Part shown: positions 1 to 13,080 of the stretch, piece after piece
How the letters are laid out: each line of letters starts with the position of its first letter
How positions within the stretch are numbered: position 1 is the first letter of the stretch
Assembly (NCBI GenBank): GCA_012295275.1
Contig: CM022677.1
Location: forward strand, 1,860,001 to 1,924,000
Direction: 5' to 3'
From: Chrysomallon squamiferum
Lineage: Eukaryota > Animalia > Mollusca
DNA: 64,000 nt
The notes under the pieces: generated by a model
Told to the model about the DNA's origin: nothing
Seen by the model: the letters and a program-made list of their open reading frames with translations, nothing else
Database searches by the model: none
Translations under genes and position numbers: made by a program

Positions 1-1085
1 ATCTGACGTCACTCGCGTGTTTATCAGTGGAGGATTTTAAGAACCAAAAGTACACAAAGCAAAAATAAAACAAGTCGGCCATATTGAAAGTCTATGATAT
101 TTTTATTTTATTATGTTTTAACTATTCCAGTGTTCTTAATTTATTACTAGTAGTAGTAGTAGTAATATCTTTAATACTAGTACTACTATTTCTGTTACTA
201 CCCTAGTAGAGCCATTATTTCTTATTGATATATTTTGCTATTTATTGCTTACTTTATTTCATTTCGTTTTATTTTATTTTAATTTGTATTCATTTATTCT
301 TAGATCGGTGATAGCGGTGATCTACAGCAGTTGACTCGATAGAGAGAAAATAGTCGCTTAAATAAATTCTCCATCAGCAAGTTTAAATTAGAAGGTATTT
401 TAAATTGTTTTCTATTTCAAAAATATCGCATCCTGGTTTGTTTCTTTATTATTTTTTTCTTTCTTTATTAATATTTCTTGTTCTTTAGTGTTTCTTTTTA
501 GATCTGTCACTGACGGATAATTTTGCTGACTTTTCGAGAAGTAAATTGTTATAAATGACCACAAGTACATTGCGATATGAAAATCGTTTCTCCCACAGTG
601 AAATATTTCTTACCTGACTGACCACTCACCTCTGTTTATAATAATAATGATAATAATAATAATTATTTGTGTCTTCGTCATCATCATAGTAATCATTACC
701 ATAACCACAAGGTATTTCTTTTTTATCCTTTATCTATCCGATGTTTTTCTTTCTTTCCTTATCTTTTATTTATTTATTTATTTTTAGATCTCTGATCTCA
801 GTGTTCATTTATTTTTAGTATATAAAAAGTGTTTGTTTAAACAGAAATGTCCATGTCGGTTTAAAAAAATTATTTTGACGTTATTCTTCTTTCTTCTTCT
901 TCTTATTATTATTAAGTTATTGATGTTATATTTTAATCTGATTGATATTTATTTGATTCTTTTTTATTACTTTACTTTTTATTTAGTTTTTGGCCTTGAA
1001 TTATTACAGTTCCATGTGTGATGAGTTTGTTTTTCCATTGTTGTCCCTACTCCATAATAATAATAATAATAATAATAATAATTAG

Positions 1086-1133
<48 letters not shown>

Positions 1134-1153
1134 CCTCTGTTTCTAGTGAAAAC

Positions 1154-1417
1154 ATGGCCACCTCAACTGCAGTCTCAGGTTGGCAGACAGGGAAGAATCT
1201 GAAAGAATGCCTTGAACACGTTTTTCTTACAAGAACTCACACGGACGTCAGATTTTTAGTTGGGGAACATAAAACTGCTGTGGATGCTCATCAGTTAATT
1301 CTGATCATTCGAAGCGAAGTTTTCAGTCAGATGTTGACTGGAGAACTTCGCGAAAAATCAGATATTGTGATACCGGATGTGAAGGCAGACATTTTCGCAG
1401 AGTTTTTAAAGTATGTT

Positions 1418-1485
<68 letters not shown>

Positions 1486-2703
1486 CATGGAAACACACGT
1501 ACGAACACAGTGAGGAAGAGAGACATACAGACAGACAGAACGTTGATAACAATACATTTTTTGTTAGTAATCTAATTATTTTCTAAATAATTAATCTCAC
1601 ATAGTTATCTCACATTTTAAAGTCTTACTCTACTTCTTTCACACAGATATCTTTACACGGATGACGTCGTCCTAACAGGCGACAACGTCACCGATCTGCT
1701 GTATCTATCGAGGAAGTACATCGTCACGACACTGGAAGAACAGTGCGTCAACTATTTGGAGTCGTCGTTGTCGTCACGGAATGCGTGCGTCGTGCTGGAA
1801 CAAGCTCACCTGTTTGATGAACATGATCTAAGGAAAAAAACTCTGGACTTCATTTTGGAAAATGGCGACGAAGTTCTGAAGTCAGATGAAGTCACCGATC
1901 TTTGTCACGAATGTCTGGTTGAGATCGTACGATCAGACGAACTGACAGCAGACGAGAAAAATGTTTTTGAAGCCGCTGTGAAGTGGGCTGACAGCGCGTG
2001 CAGGAAGCAAGGAAGACAGACGAATGAAAAAAACATGCGCGATGCACTGGGAGAGGTCGTGAAGCACGTGCGTTATCCATTACTCGATCAGACGTATTTT
2101 GTAAAACACGTGAAACCCACTCACATACTCACTGACACAGAAGAAAACAAGATTTTGAGACACCTGGTGAGCAGTGATGAAAATGTTTCACCTTTCAACT
2201 CAAACATGAGAACTGCAATGATGAAAACACAGACAATAAACAGGTTTGGTTCGAATGGTCGTCGTATAAGTCCTTACTGGCTATGTACTGGTAAAGAAGA
2301 TGACGCCATTACTTTCTCTGTCAACAAAAACGCTTTACTTCGCGGATTTCAGTTGTACGGTTACTGTGAACCACGAAACTACGACGTCAGCGCCTTCGTC
2401 ACTGACACAAGAACAGACGAAATACTGGACGGGTCTACGCTGACACAGAGATATGAACACGTGTCTGCCGTGTATGACGTCGTGTTCAGACGTCCAGTGA
2501 AGATTACTAAAGACACTGAGTACAGCTTGTTTGTTAATGTTAAGGGAGAACGCACATGGTTTGGAGGTAGAGGTGAATCAAAAATTGTTGTAGACTCTTT
2601 TGTTTGTAGATTTTCTAAGTCACACAAATCTAAACACAGTGACAGAAAACTTAGTACAGATGTGACATACGGACAAATACCTGCTTTGTTATTTTTAGTG
2701 TAA
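1154..2703 (+). CDS. BTB/POZ-BACK-PHR protein (BTBD1/2/3/6-like Cullin-3 adaptor), copy A; exons 1154-1410 and 1647-2703 (437 aa)
   Basis: Exon 1 has BTB motifs (TDVRFLVG..VDAHQLILIIRSEVFSQML). GT donor at 1411 and CAG acceptor ending at 1646 join in frame to give FLK-YLYTDDV. BACK-like segment EKNVFEAAVKWA..VRYPLL is followed by PHR-like W..G..DAITFSV..LRGFQLYG and terminal TYGQIPALLF. An acceptor (ttctag, 1141-1146) upstream of the ATG implies further upstream exons. Confidence 0.92.
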
Positions 2704-3229
2704 AAACAACATCGTTCAAACACTGTCACTTTTAGTCATCACTGTCCTAAGATTTGTATGTATTTATTTATTTGTTTACTTATTGATTTATTGATTTGTT
2801 TATGTTTTTCTGATGACGTCAGACAGCGGTGATGACGTCATAGACAGTTCCTTTGATTTGAAATTTTATAATGGACTGATTTGTGTCAAACAGATACATC
2901 TCATTGCTTTATTATTTATTTATTTATTTATGTATTTATTTATTTATTTAAGTATTTCTAATGTTTGTTGTTTGTATATAAAACGTAATATTATTACCTA
3001 TTTCTTGCTTGATTTGTACTTTTTTATTTCGGTTTAAAATGTATATAAAATAAAATGTAGATAAATTGTATATGTACTTACTTACTGTTGGACATGAAAT
3101 ACAGGAACTGTTATTTGATTTATTTATCAATTTTCTTTCATTCAGATTTATATTAAATATGTTAGTAAATTAGATTATGTTTCGAATTTGTTTGTTTCAT
3201 ATCGTATTTTTATGTATAAAAACAAAATA

Positions 3230-3287
<58 letters not shown>

Positions 3288-3569
3288 TCTCTCTTTATTC
3301 TCTCTCTCTGACTAGAATGTAAAATAAAGATAAAAATATACTTTATAAAAGAGTTTTGAAAATGGGGAGAGATTTCCCAAGCTGACTATAATCTATTATG
3401 AACAAAACTTTGAAAAATCTGGATCTCTCTACTTCGGATATCTGGTGTAAATTCAAGAATAAAATACGATCAATTCAATGCCAACAATTAGGATACTGTA
3501 TGACAAAATACGATCAATTTAATGCCAACAATGACAAATAAGCCCTATGACTAATGGGAGGTATATCAT

Positions 3570-3878
3570 CACTGGTTTTCAACTTTTTATCATACCTTGA
3601 CCCTTATGAGGAACTCAGTATGAGCGAAGACCCCTTTAAAATGTTTGATTCAATAATATGTAGTGTTACCATATTTTCATCAACCAAAGTCAGTACAAAA
3701 GGAATCTATATTCACTATGACGGGTCCCAAACCAATCTACACGTTTTTATTTATTCCTCCTTCCAAGTCAAGTTGAAAAAAACTAAAACATACCATTGCT
3801 CAAGAACGATCTCGCGACCCCCAGAAAAAAGTCTGGCGACCCCTCTGGAGGTCATGACACTTAGGTTGAAAACCTATG
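3570..3878. mobile_element. hAT-type MITE, inverted copy of the element at 49985-50292
   Basis: Terminal inverted repeats cactggttttcaac..gttgaaaacctatg and internal gcgacccc motifs. It is the reverse complement of 49985-50292. No TSD is retained here. Confidence 0.85.
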
Positions 3879-4249
3879 CCCTTTACACAGCTAAATGAAC
3901 AAGAACATTATTAGTCTGTTAACACCTAAGTGAATTCACTCATTTAGAGTAAGTGTCAAAAGCAGAGGTCTATATAAATATGTATGACGCACATATGCTT
4001 TCTTTTATTGAATTCATCGCAAAGCGACCTAAAAAACGGCAAAGTATCGAACTTTCAAATGCCACGCTATTGTCACAAACATAAAATTAAACATCAAATT
4101 ACATACATCGATGTTTTGTTTCTAATACAAAAGCGCTGTTAGCAAAGTACTGTATACAGACCTTGTTAAAGCCATTATGTCATTTATCGTGTGAATCTCA
4201 ATTAAATTAATTTGTATACATGTTTAGAAGAACTGTGTTTATTGTCAAA

Positions 4250-4760
4250 CTCTAATCACAACAGTAAACAATACATTTGACAGAAATAACAAAAGTCCAC
4301 TGATTGATCGCAGAATGTTTTCTGGAGATCGTTGGACAAAATGGAGGCAAACTGCGCACAAGTCTCCCAGTGGTCAGTTCACAGCGTTTGTTCCGCTTGC
4401 CTCGGTAGTACTTCCCAGAGATGTCTCTTCTTTGTACAATGTGGATTGGGTGTACTGACAGGTACAGATACACCTCCCCATACGATAACCCGTCCACGGA
4501 TAAATCTACCATTAATCGAATGTTTGGGTTTGCGTGCCTTTCATTTCGACCGTGCATGTAAGGCAGTTCGAGAGTGAGCAGGCAACATACGAAAAGATGC
4601 CACGTGTCCAGCGACAGATGCACCAGTTCTTATGCTCACCACACCATTCCCGTCTGTGTGAGGATTGTCAAGACAGGTACCACCCTACTGAACAAATGAG
4701 TGATGCGTGTTCAGTTATATGGAAAGTGTTTAAGTGTGTTGATAAACAGACCTGAACCTT
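4250..4760 (-). mobile_element. Degenerate Tc1/mariner transposase remnant
   Basis: Frameshifted minus-strand peptides EWCGEHKNW..RW..GIFS, RVIVWGGVS (4467-4489), IHIVQ..ISGKYYR and GRLVRSLP resemble Tc1 motifs (W..VLFSDE, VMVWGGIS, L+RSMP) and occur in the expected order. Confidence 0.7.
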
Positions 4761-5436
4761 TTTTGCCTGGACGTGCAAAATAACCAGCTGAGCTACAGCA
4801 GCCGGGCCCTGTTGTGTCCTCTTATGTAACATCTAAGAATCATACGTAACTAGTTTGGAAACTTTGGAAAACTGTTCGTTGTGAAGACCGTTCTACTTTT
4901 AGCGTTCTGTAGATTATGTCTGAGCAACAGTTACCCATTACCAGCCTCCGAGGTTCGAGATAAACACCGAATACATTTTCGATCAAACGCTCTGTCAAAG
5001 AAAGTAGTGTTTTTAACAGGCTACGAAACCGTTAATTTTTACTTCTGTCTGAAGAAAACACAACCACGGTAAAAATCTCCAGTTTACGATACTCCAATGG
5101 CAACGATCCCGAAAACATCACAGCAGTTTTAAACGAGAAGAAAATGGGATCCCTTGTCACCATATCACCAGAAACAGCTGGAGATAACTAGAATGTACCG
5201 AGATGAAAGGAACTGTAATTTTACCTATGAGGTCAATGGTTTGATTTTTAAACTGAAGATACCCAGTATCAGCATCTATGTAACCTTCTGGTATTCCTTT
5301 CAACATGAATGAAATTTCAGTATATAACTTTTTAAAACCTTTCGCTTCTGTTAAACTGCCAGAAAAGAAATGTAAAAATATAAAAATAATAATATTTATT
5401 AGTTCTTTATTACTTCTCGATTTTTATTATTACTCC

Positions 5437-5498
<62 letters not shown>

Positions 5499-5854
5499 GT
5501 TCCTAACAGTCGATCTGCTTTATATATCTCTGTCTGTTTATTTATTTGTTTTCATTTTCTAAGGTAAATTAGAATCATAAGCTAGCAGTCGACGTTTTTT
5601 CACTTCGGGTCAAATCAGTGCGTTTGTGATTTTTATCTTACATATATCTTGACAGCGATTTACTTTACTGAACCTAAGAATTCATATTAAATCAAATATG
5701 CACACACACACACACAACATAATTTTTCTTTCTTGCCTGTATGCAAGCATGTATATGTGTGTATATGTATGAGTGAGCATGTGATTTTAATATGAGTTCG
5801 CAAACACATACACACATGTTTGTATGTATTGCTGCATATATGTATGTGTGTATA

Positions 5855-5896
<42 letters not shown>

Positions 5897-6709
5897 GTAG
5901 TCAAGCAGCCGTTATCTCTTCCCCCTCTTCCAGATTCTAAAATTATTACAGACTGCGAAAACATCATGAACATAGTTGAATGTTACTGTTTATAAGAAAA
6001 AGTAATATTCGGGTCTGTATGGCTTATGCGACAACAGAAAATAATCAGAATGTCTAATAGTAAAATTTCCCTGTTGTAACTAATTTTCTGACAGTTCAGT
6101 GATTTAATAAGAGTACAGACCTGATATCAAATATTTCTCTCTCCAACAATCTGCTGACCGCGTGACTGACCCAGATAAAATACTTCTTAAAATAAATCTT
6201 TAACCTTTGTTGTATTCAAGATAACACTAGGTACAGAGGAAACACTTGGTTTAATGGTTTAATGTAATTTAAAATATTTGAAATAAAATTCATTTAATAA
6301 TAATAATAATAATAATTCCTTTATTATCAAATTTTTCTATGTTTGGTATTGTTAATGTCCTGTGTTTCATCTATTTAAATTTCTTTGCTTATGAATAACT
6401 GGATTCTGTACTGAAAGTTGTTCAGCTTGTTATTGAAACACGTGTTAGCGATAAATAATAAAAGCACTGAATCACGTTAACTACCTAACTAAACTGAAAA
6501 CACGTTATCTGTTTTCATAGACTCCACACAGGCAAAATGTATAAACAAGTTAAGAAAAAAGACCATAATAAAAAAATAATTAAAAAATTTCTTCTCGATG
6601 TTCATTTCTCAAAGTTTGCTCCTACCTGCAAGAAAAACACACAAAAACAATAATATTTAAGTAGGTCAAATGACTAAAAAGTAAAATCTATAAAATAACC
6701 TTAATAATA

Positions 6710-7495
6710 GTTTTAGGGTCAGGGTTAGAAATAGACTTTGCATAAGAATTAAAGTTAGGCACTTCTTTAACGTCAGAGTTAGGGCTTAATGTTTGGGTTA
6801 GGGTTCGAGCTCGGGTTATGTAAATTTTAGTGTGAGGTTATGATAATGTGGAAATAATTTTAGGCTCACGATTAGAAGTAACGTTAAGAATCAAGGATCG
6901 GGACTTGAGTAAGATTAGCTTTAGAAGTTCGGCTGTGGTTAGCTTTAGGATGAGGGTTAGGATTAGGATTAGGGTTAGTGTTAGTGTTAGGATTATTCAA
7001 AGTTTATTATGAGTCTTACGATAATCTGCAAAACAGTTTTATGATCAGAGTTAGTATTAGTGTTAGGGATAGAGTCGGGGTTAGGCTTAGGGTTAGGATT
7101 AAGGTTAGGGTTAGGGTTAATTTAGGGTTAGGGTAAGGGTTAAGGTGATGTTTATTTAAAGATTATTATCAGTGTTACGATAATATGCAAAATAATGTTA
7201 GGGTCACCATTAGGAGGAGCGTTAATGTAAAAATCCACGTTGTGGACTTAGTTAGGATTAGGTTTAGAATTTGAGCTAGGGTTAGGTTAGGTTAGGTTAG
7301 GGTTAAGATTAGGGTTATTGTTTGGGTTAGACTTAGTATTACGGTAGTGTGGAAAATAGTTTTAGGTCAGAGTTACAGATAGGGCTCAATGTTAGGGATA
7401 TTGTAAATATTACTATGAATGTTATAATAATAATAAAAATAATTTTAGCATCATCATTAGAAGTAGCCTTTGCGTAAGAATTAAGGTTTGGGGGT
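6710..7495 (+). repeat. Degenerate TTAGGG-like (interstitial telomere-like) tract
   Basis: Many ggttagggttag/ttaggattagg variants, for example at 7078-7145 and 7277-7330. Confidence 0.75.
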
Positions 7496-8454
7496 ACTGG
7501 CATTAAAATTACCTCACGTCATTAGTTTTACACTATCAACAAATTCTACCATGTATAAACAAAATTCTAAGACGAAGATGTTGTAAAAATGAAACTAACT
7601 TCGTCCTTCAGCAAGTATCATATTATTATTTTAGATGTCATAATATGCGACAGTTTTGGCAGCCGGAAAATAACGATGATCCCAAATAAATCTTTCTTTG
7701 AAAAATTATTTAAATTGAGATTGATAAAAACGAATTATCAGATATTTTCTTTTTAGGTGCAGCGTCACGTAATATACCAGACAAACAGAAAGATCCATTT
7801 GCTGTGTTCATCAACCTGTAATTAATTCTCACATTTTCCTGTAAAAACGCTTCTGATAAAATCACCACCACTGTTTATGTGACAAATTTATTATCGAGTG
7901 ATTTTTAACTCGTTACAGTCATGCAGAAACAGTGGTAAGATTTGTGGCCTCTTCCTTATGAAACCGGAAAGTATAATCAGAAATATGGAGGACTTTCTAT
8001 AGCAATATTAAATAACAAATTATGTTCAGAGTTATTAAAGTAATTAATAAAATTAGTTATTTTCGTTGATTTTAACTTTCGTTGTATAAACTGCTCTTCT
8101 GATAACTTGAGAATAAATGACCAAAACGTGACTTTTCTTCTTTTTTAAAAACTTTTTCAGTATATTTTAACCTTGAGATATCCCGTTTATTTTGTAATAG
8201 GAGCACTGTTCATAAACGTGAATTGAGACTGAGAAAAAATTACACTACTGCTAGTAACTAAAGGATAATTACTGTTGTAACTTCATTATAAATTATATTA
8301 TAAATATAATTATTTTATTATTATTTATAACTGATACACACTTGCAGAAACATAATCAAAGATACTTCTGATATTGTGATTATTTTTGTAACATTCGTGA
8401 AATAAACATAACGATAAAGATACAAGCATCAGTAGAACTAAGTTAAAACAGTGG

Positions 8455-8890
8455 GGCAGAGAGTGGATAGAAAGTGGACAGAGAGTGGACAGAGATTGGA
8501 TAGAGAGTGGATGGAGAGTGAATAGAGAGTGGATAGATAGTGGATAGAGAGTGAATAGAGAGTGAATAGAGAGTGAATAGAGATTGGACAGAGAGTGTAT
8601 AGAGAGTGGATAGAGAGTGAATAGAGAGTGGATAGATAGTGGATAGAGAGTGAATAGAGAGTGAATAGAGAGTGAATAGAGATTGGATAGAGAGTGTATA
8701 GAGAGTGGATAGAGAGTGAATAGAGAGTGGATAGAGAGTGGACAGAGAGTGAATAGAGAGTGTATAGAGAGTGGATAGAGAGTGGATAGAGAGTGAATAG
8801 AGAGTGGATAGAGAGTAAATAGAGTGGATAGAGATTGTAAAGAGAGTGAATAGACAGTGGATAGAGAGTGGACAGAGATTGGATAGAGAA
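8455..8890. repeat. 12-bp minisatellite (GAGTGGATAGAG)n and variants
   Basis: Direct reading of the sequence. It generates the spurious SIHSLSTLY ORFs. Confidence 0.95.
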
Positions 8891-9493
8891 TGGGTTCTCG
8901 TTACGATTGCGGACACAAGGGAGTGTCCAACATATTGGATCGCAACGAGTCGGTTCCGATGTTTCGTGCACTTTATCCGCTCCTTGTTGTTTCCGGCACT
9001 TTTCTAGCTCGTTGAAGGTCTCCTAGTCACCACCGGGTCCGTGTTGGCTGCGTCCTGTTTGTTTGTTTGTCCTCTTCTCGGCTGCTGCTGATATTTCTTT
9101 GATCTGTTTTGGTCTTTTTATTGATTGAAAGAATGCTGTGAACACCTGTAACTAAAAAGAATAACATGAGTGTAGTTAACTTATTTACATTTTATTTTAT
9201 TTTATTTTATTTTTCTATTCTAATTAAAAAGATGTTATAAATATTTGCAGCTAAGAATAAGAACGTGAACTTATTTACATTTATTATGTAAAAGAGAAAA
9301 GAAGAAACAAAAAAACCCAACAAAACCGTGTTAGTGTGGTCTGAAAGTAGTGCACGTATAGTTTTGTTTTTAAATATTAATTTGATTGGCTATTCAAATT
9401 GATCCGTCAGTCAGCGGTTCCATCCATAGATCCATCGGCTGTTCAACCGATCAATCTGTAGGTCAATAAATTCATATAACTTTTGTTGTTTTT

Positions 9494-9526
<33 letters not shown>

Positions 9527-9897
9527 GTTTAAAGTTTGTGTTTTGTGTTCAGAATGTATGTTGTTACTGCAGCGAGGACTAACTGTCTGTCTTTCATGTT
9601 TGGTGCCAGGATGTGTTGCAGCGTGAACTCGATTTTTAATGTTCCACAGCTGCAGTTGGGTGATGTGGTGATGTTATGTTTGTATCTGATTGCATTTAAG
9701 TTAGTTGAGTAACCAGTTATGGCTTTGGTGAGATTGGTGTTGTGTAGTTTGTTGGTGAGTGTGATTTTGGGTGTTTTCGTGAGTGGTTTGATGTTCAAGA
9801 GCCATTTGTTTTTTGTGTTGTTCCATTCGTTTTGCCACTGTTTGTCGTAATGTTTGGCAGCGATGAAGACGATTTCATTTATTCTGTAGTGTATACA
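8890..9897 (-). mobile_element. Third, more diverged copy of the RNase H-containing composite repeat
   Basis: 8890-9050 matches the GC-rich module of 14275-14410 and 19750-19890. 9335-9465 matches 13740-13875 inverted. 9529-9895 matches the post-RNase H ORF segment (INEIV..AAKHYDKQWQNEW..CSCG). Confidence 0.85.
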
Positions 9898-10008
9898 CAA
9901 CACGGTCACTCCAAAAAAAAAAAATAATAATAACTAAATAAAAAAAAAAAAAAAAAAAATGAATAAATAAATAAAGAAATAAAGAAATAAATATTAAGAA
10001 AAAATAAT

Positions 10009-10047
<39 letters not shown>

Positions 10048-11439
10048 TGACGAGAGAAAAGGAAAAAAAAACACATCCTTACACGGCTTATCTCCCTCTA
10101 ATAATTCTCGTTTCGTGTAGTCGTCGAAATTACCAGAGAAAAATAATCTCTAAATTCGATGCAAACTTGCCGCCGCCGCCGCCGCCACGTTTGTGTGCTT
10201 GATTCCCAAAACCATTCTATATGGGTAAAACACAACAACAAACACACAGTCATATTCTCGGACAGTCCGTGATCTGATCTCAATACAATCCGGATACAAT
10301 AAGGTAACAACAACAACAAAATCGAAATGAAAATACATTCACCATCGAGCCGTCGTGATCTCGCAATTCAATTTTCCGTTGGAAGATACCTTTTTCAAAC
10401 CGCACGCACGCACGCACGCAAACACACACACACACAGACACAGACACACAGACACAGACACACACACTCAGACACACAGACAGACACACACACAGACACA
10501 CACGCACGCACACATACAGAAACATACACACACACGCAGGCGCGAGAGGAAATAATATACGTACACACACAATCAGATATACACAACACGGTCACTGCAA
10601 AAAAAAAAATAATAATAAATAAATAAAGAAAAAAATAAAAAAATTAAAAAAAAATAAAGAAAGAAATAAAGAAAGAAATATTAGGAAAAATTATATTTAA
10701 AAAAAAAAAAAATAGATATATATATATATATATATATGTGACGAGAGAAAAGGAAAAAAGACATCGGGTTTCATCCGTCCACTGTCACAGCCTTCATTTC
10801 CTTACACGGCTTATCTCCCTCTAATAATTCTCGTTTCGTGTAGTCGTCGAAATTACCAGAGAAAAATAATCTCTAAATTCGATACAAAGTTGCCGCCGCC
10901 GCCACGTTTGTGTGCTTGATTCCAAAAATCATTCTATATGGATTTAGTTTGAACTTGGTGCTGCCAATTTTTTTTTTCTCAACAGGGATCAATACGTTTA
11001 ATAAATGAGTTAGTTTTGCTGCAGTGAACAAAAAAACGCATGCAAGACTGAGTCTACGGCACCGACGCACACTAGGCACACTGTCTATGGAGTGGACTCG
11101 ATCTTCCATTCGTAAAGATGGTTTCGGACCAACTGCAACAACAACAACAACAACAACGTGTCTGATCATTTTATAAATTAAATCGTAATCGTCGTTATTT
11201 TCAATTAAGACAGAATTTAATCATTTTTAATGTTCGAAGAGAACCTGGTCAATTGTAAATGGGTAGGTTATTCGTCAATTGATGAGGCAACTGCCGAATT
11301 GTCCGGCAGTGACTGAAAATTTGAAAGAAAAAGAAAGAAAGAAAAAAAGAAAAAAAAAAAACAAGAAAAAAAAAGACGAACCGACGTCTATTTATCTTCG
11401 TTCTTCTTATTGCGTGCGCTGAATAACGACAACGATAAC

Positions 11440-11480
<41 letters not shown>

Positions 11481-11837
11481 TAATAATAATAATAACAGTA
11501 ATAATAATAAAGAAAAACAACAACAACAATAATAATAATAAAAATAATAATAATAAATGAAAAAAATGGTAAATAAAATAAAATATATAAAACTTTTAAA
11601 AAAAAACATGACAGAAAAAAAAGAAAGAAAGAAAAAAGAAAAAGAATTAACAAAAAATAAAAAATAAAAAAAATAATAAAAGAAAAGAAAAGAAAAATAA
11701 AGAAATAAAAAAAGAAAAATAAAGCGCTGGCAGTATTCGATCTTCTTGTTCTTCTTCTACTCAAAGAAAGAAAGAAAGAAAGCGCCATGCCTGTGTGTGT
11801 GTGTGTGTGTCTGTGCATCTACGGTACTGTACTATAC

Positions 11838-11879
<42 letters not shown>

Positions 11880-12692
11880 AATAATAACTAGTAGTAGTAG
11901 TAGTAGTTGTAGTAGTAGTAGTAGCGGTAATGGTAATAATAGAAAGGTTTCGTAGTTATTCTGTGTTCACGAGTCATTTTGCACGAAATTACCATTATTG
12001 CTGTTGTTGTTGTTGGTGGTGTTGGTGGTGGTGGTGGTGCTTCTACTGCTGCTGTTTTGTTGTTGTTGTGAACAGCATTTCGTCTTTCGTGGTGATGGAC
12101 TGTAAATTGTGTCACTGTCAATAATGTTTTTTTTTGTATTTTTGATTCTTAATTTTTGTGCAGTGTTTAAGGCGAAATTGACATCGGTAGCGAGTACCGA
12201 GACCCAGTTTTCTAACGTTCATCTCGCCGTTGCCATGGGAACCGATCTCAGCTCAGCTCCGTTCGGGTAAACTCGGGTAGGGTCGGGTCGGGTCAGGTCG
12301 GGTCGGGTCGACTGCACTCCACTCGGCGGAAGAAAGAAAAAGAAAAAAGCCGTCTGGCTTCATCCGTCCACTGCCTATTATTAGTACTGTTGTTGTTGTT
12401 GTTTTAATTATTATTATTATTATTATTATTCTTTTAAGTTCATTAGTCACTATTTGGGATAAATGATGAAAATTTTGTAAATAAGCAATGTGAGAATTAA
12501 GCTCAAAGAAAAAGATTTTTACTTATAAAAGTTGAACTTAATAAAAATATAGGTGATGCTCTGTAATGGACCCAGTGTAATTTATACATTCCAGATTTAC
12601 TGGTACCAGCCTTTCCTAGTAATAAAGTATAACAATATTTTGAAAAGTGTGTCTCGGAACTCACTACCGATGTCAGTATCACATTAAGCAGT

Positions 12693-12736
<44 letters not shown>

Positions 12737-13080
12737 AGAAAAAAAAAACAAATAAAAAAATAAAAGAAAAGAATAAATAAACAAACAAATAAATAAATAA
12801 ATAAATACAAAAATAAATTAAATTAAATTAAATTTAAAAAAATAAAATGAAAACATGAGAAAAAGAAATAGTAAAAAATAAAATAATAAAACAAAATAAA
12901 ATAAATAAAATTAAACAAAAATAATAATAATAATAATAAAATTAATAATAAATAAATAAATAAATTAAATAAGTAAATAAATAAATGAATGTATAAATAA
13001 AATAAAAATTGTTAATAATAATATTAATAATAATAATAATAATAATAATAACAACAACAATAACAATAACAATAACAATA

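Noticed and set aside
1411-1513. His-Thr repeat tail on the BTB ORF (also 25173-25269)
   Set aside because: This is read-through into an intronic (CA)n tract. Splicing at 1411/1646 restores the BTB domain.
8438-8971. SIHSLSTLY repeat ORFs
   Set aside because: These are translations of a 12-bp minisatellite.
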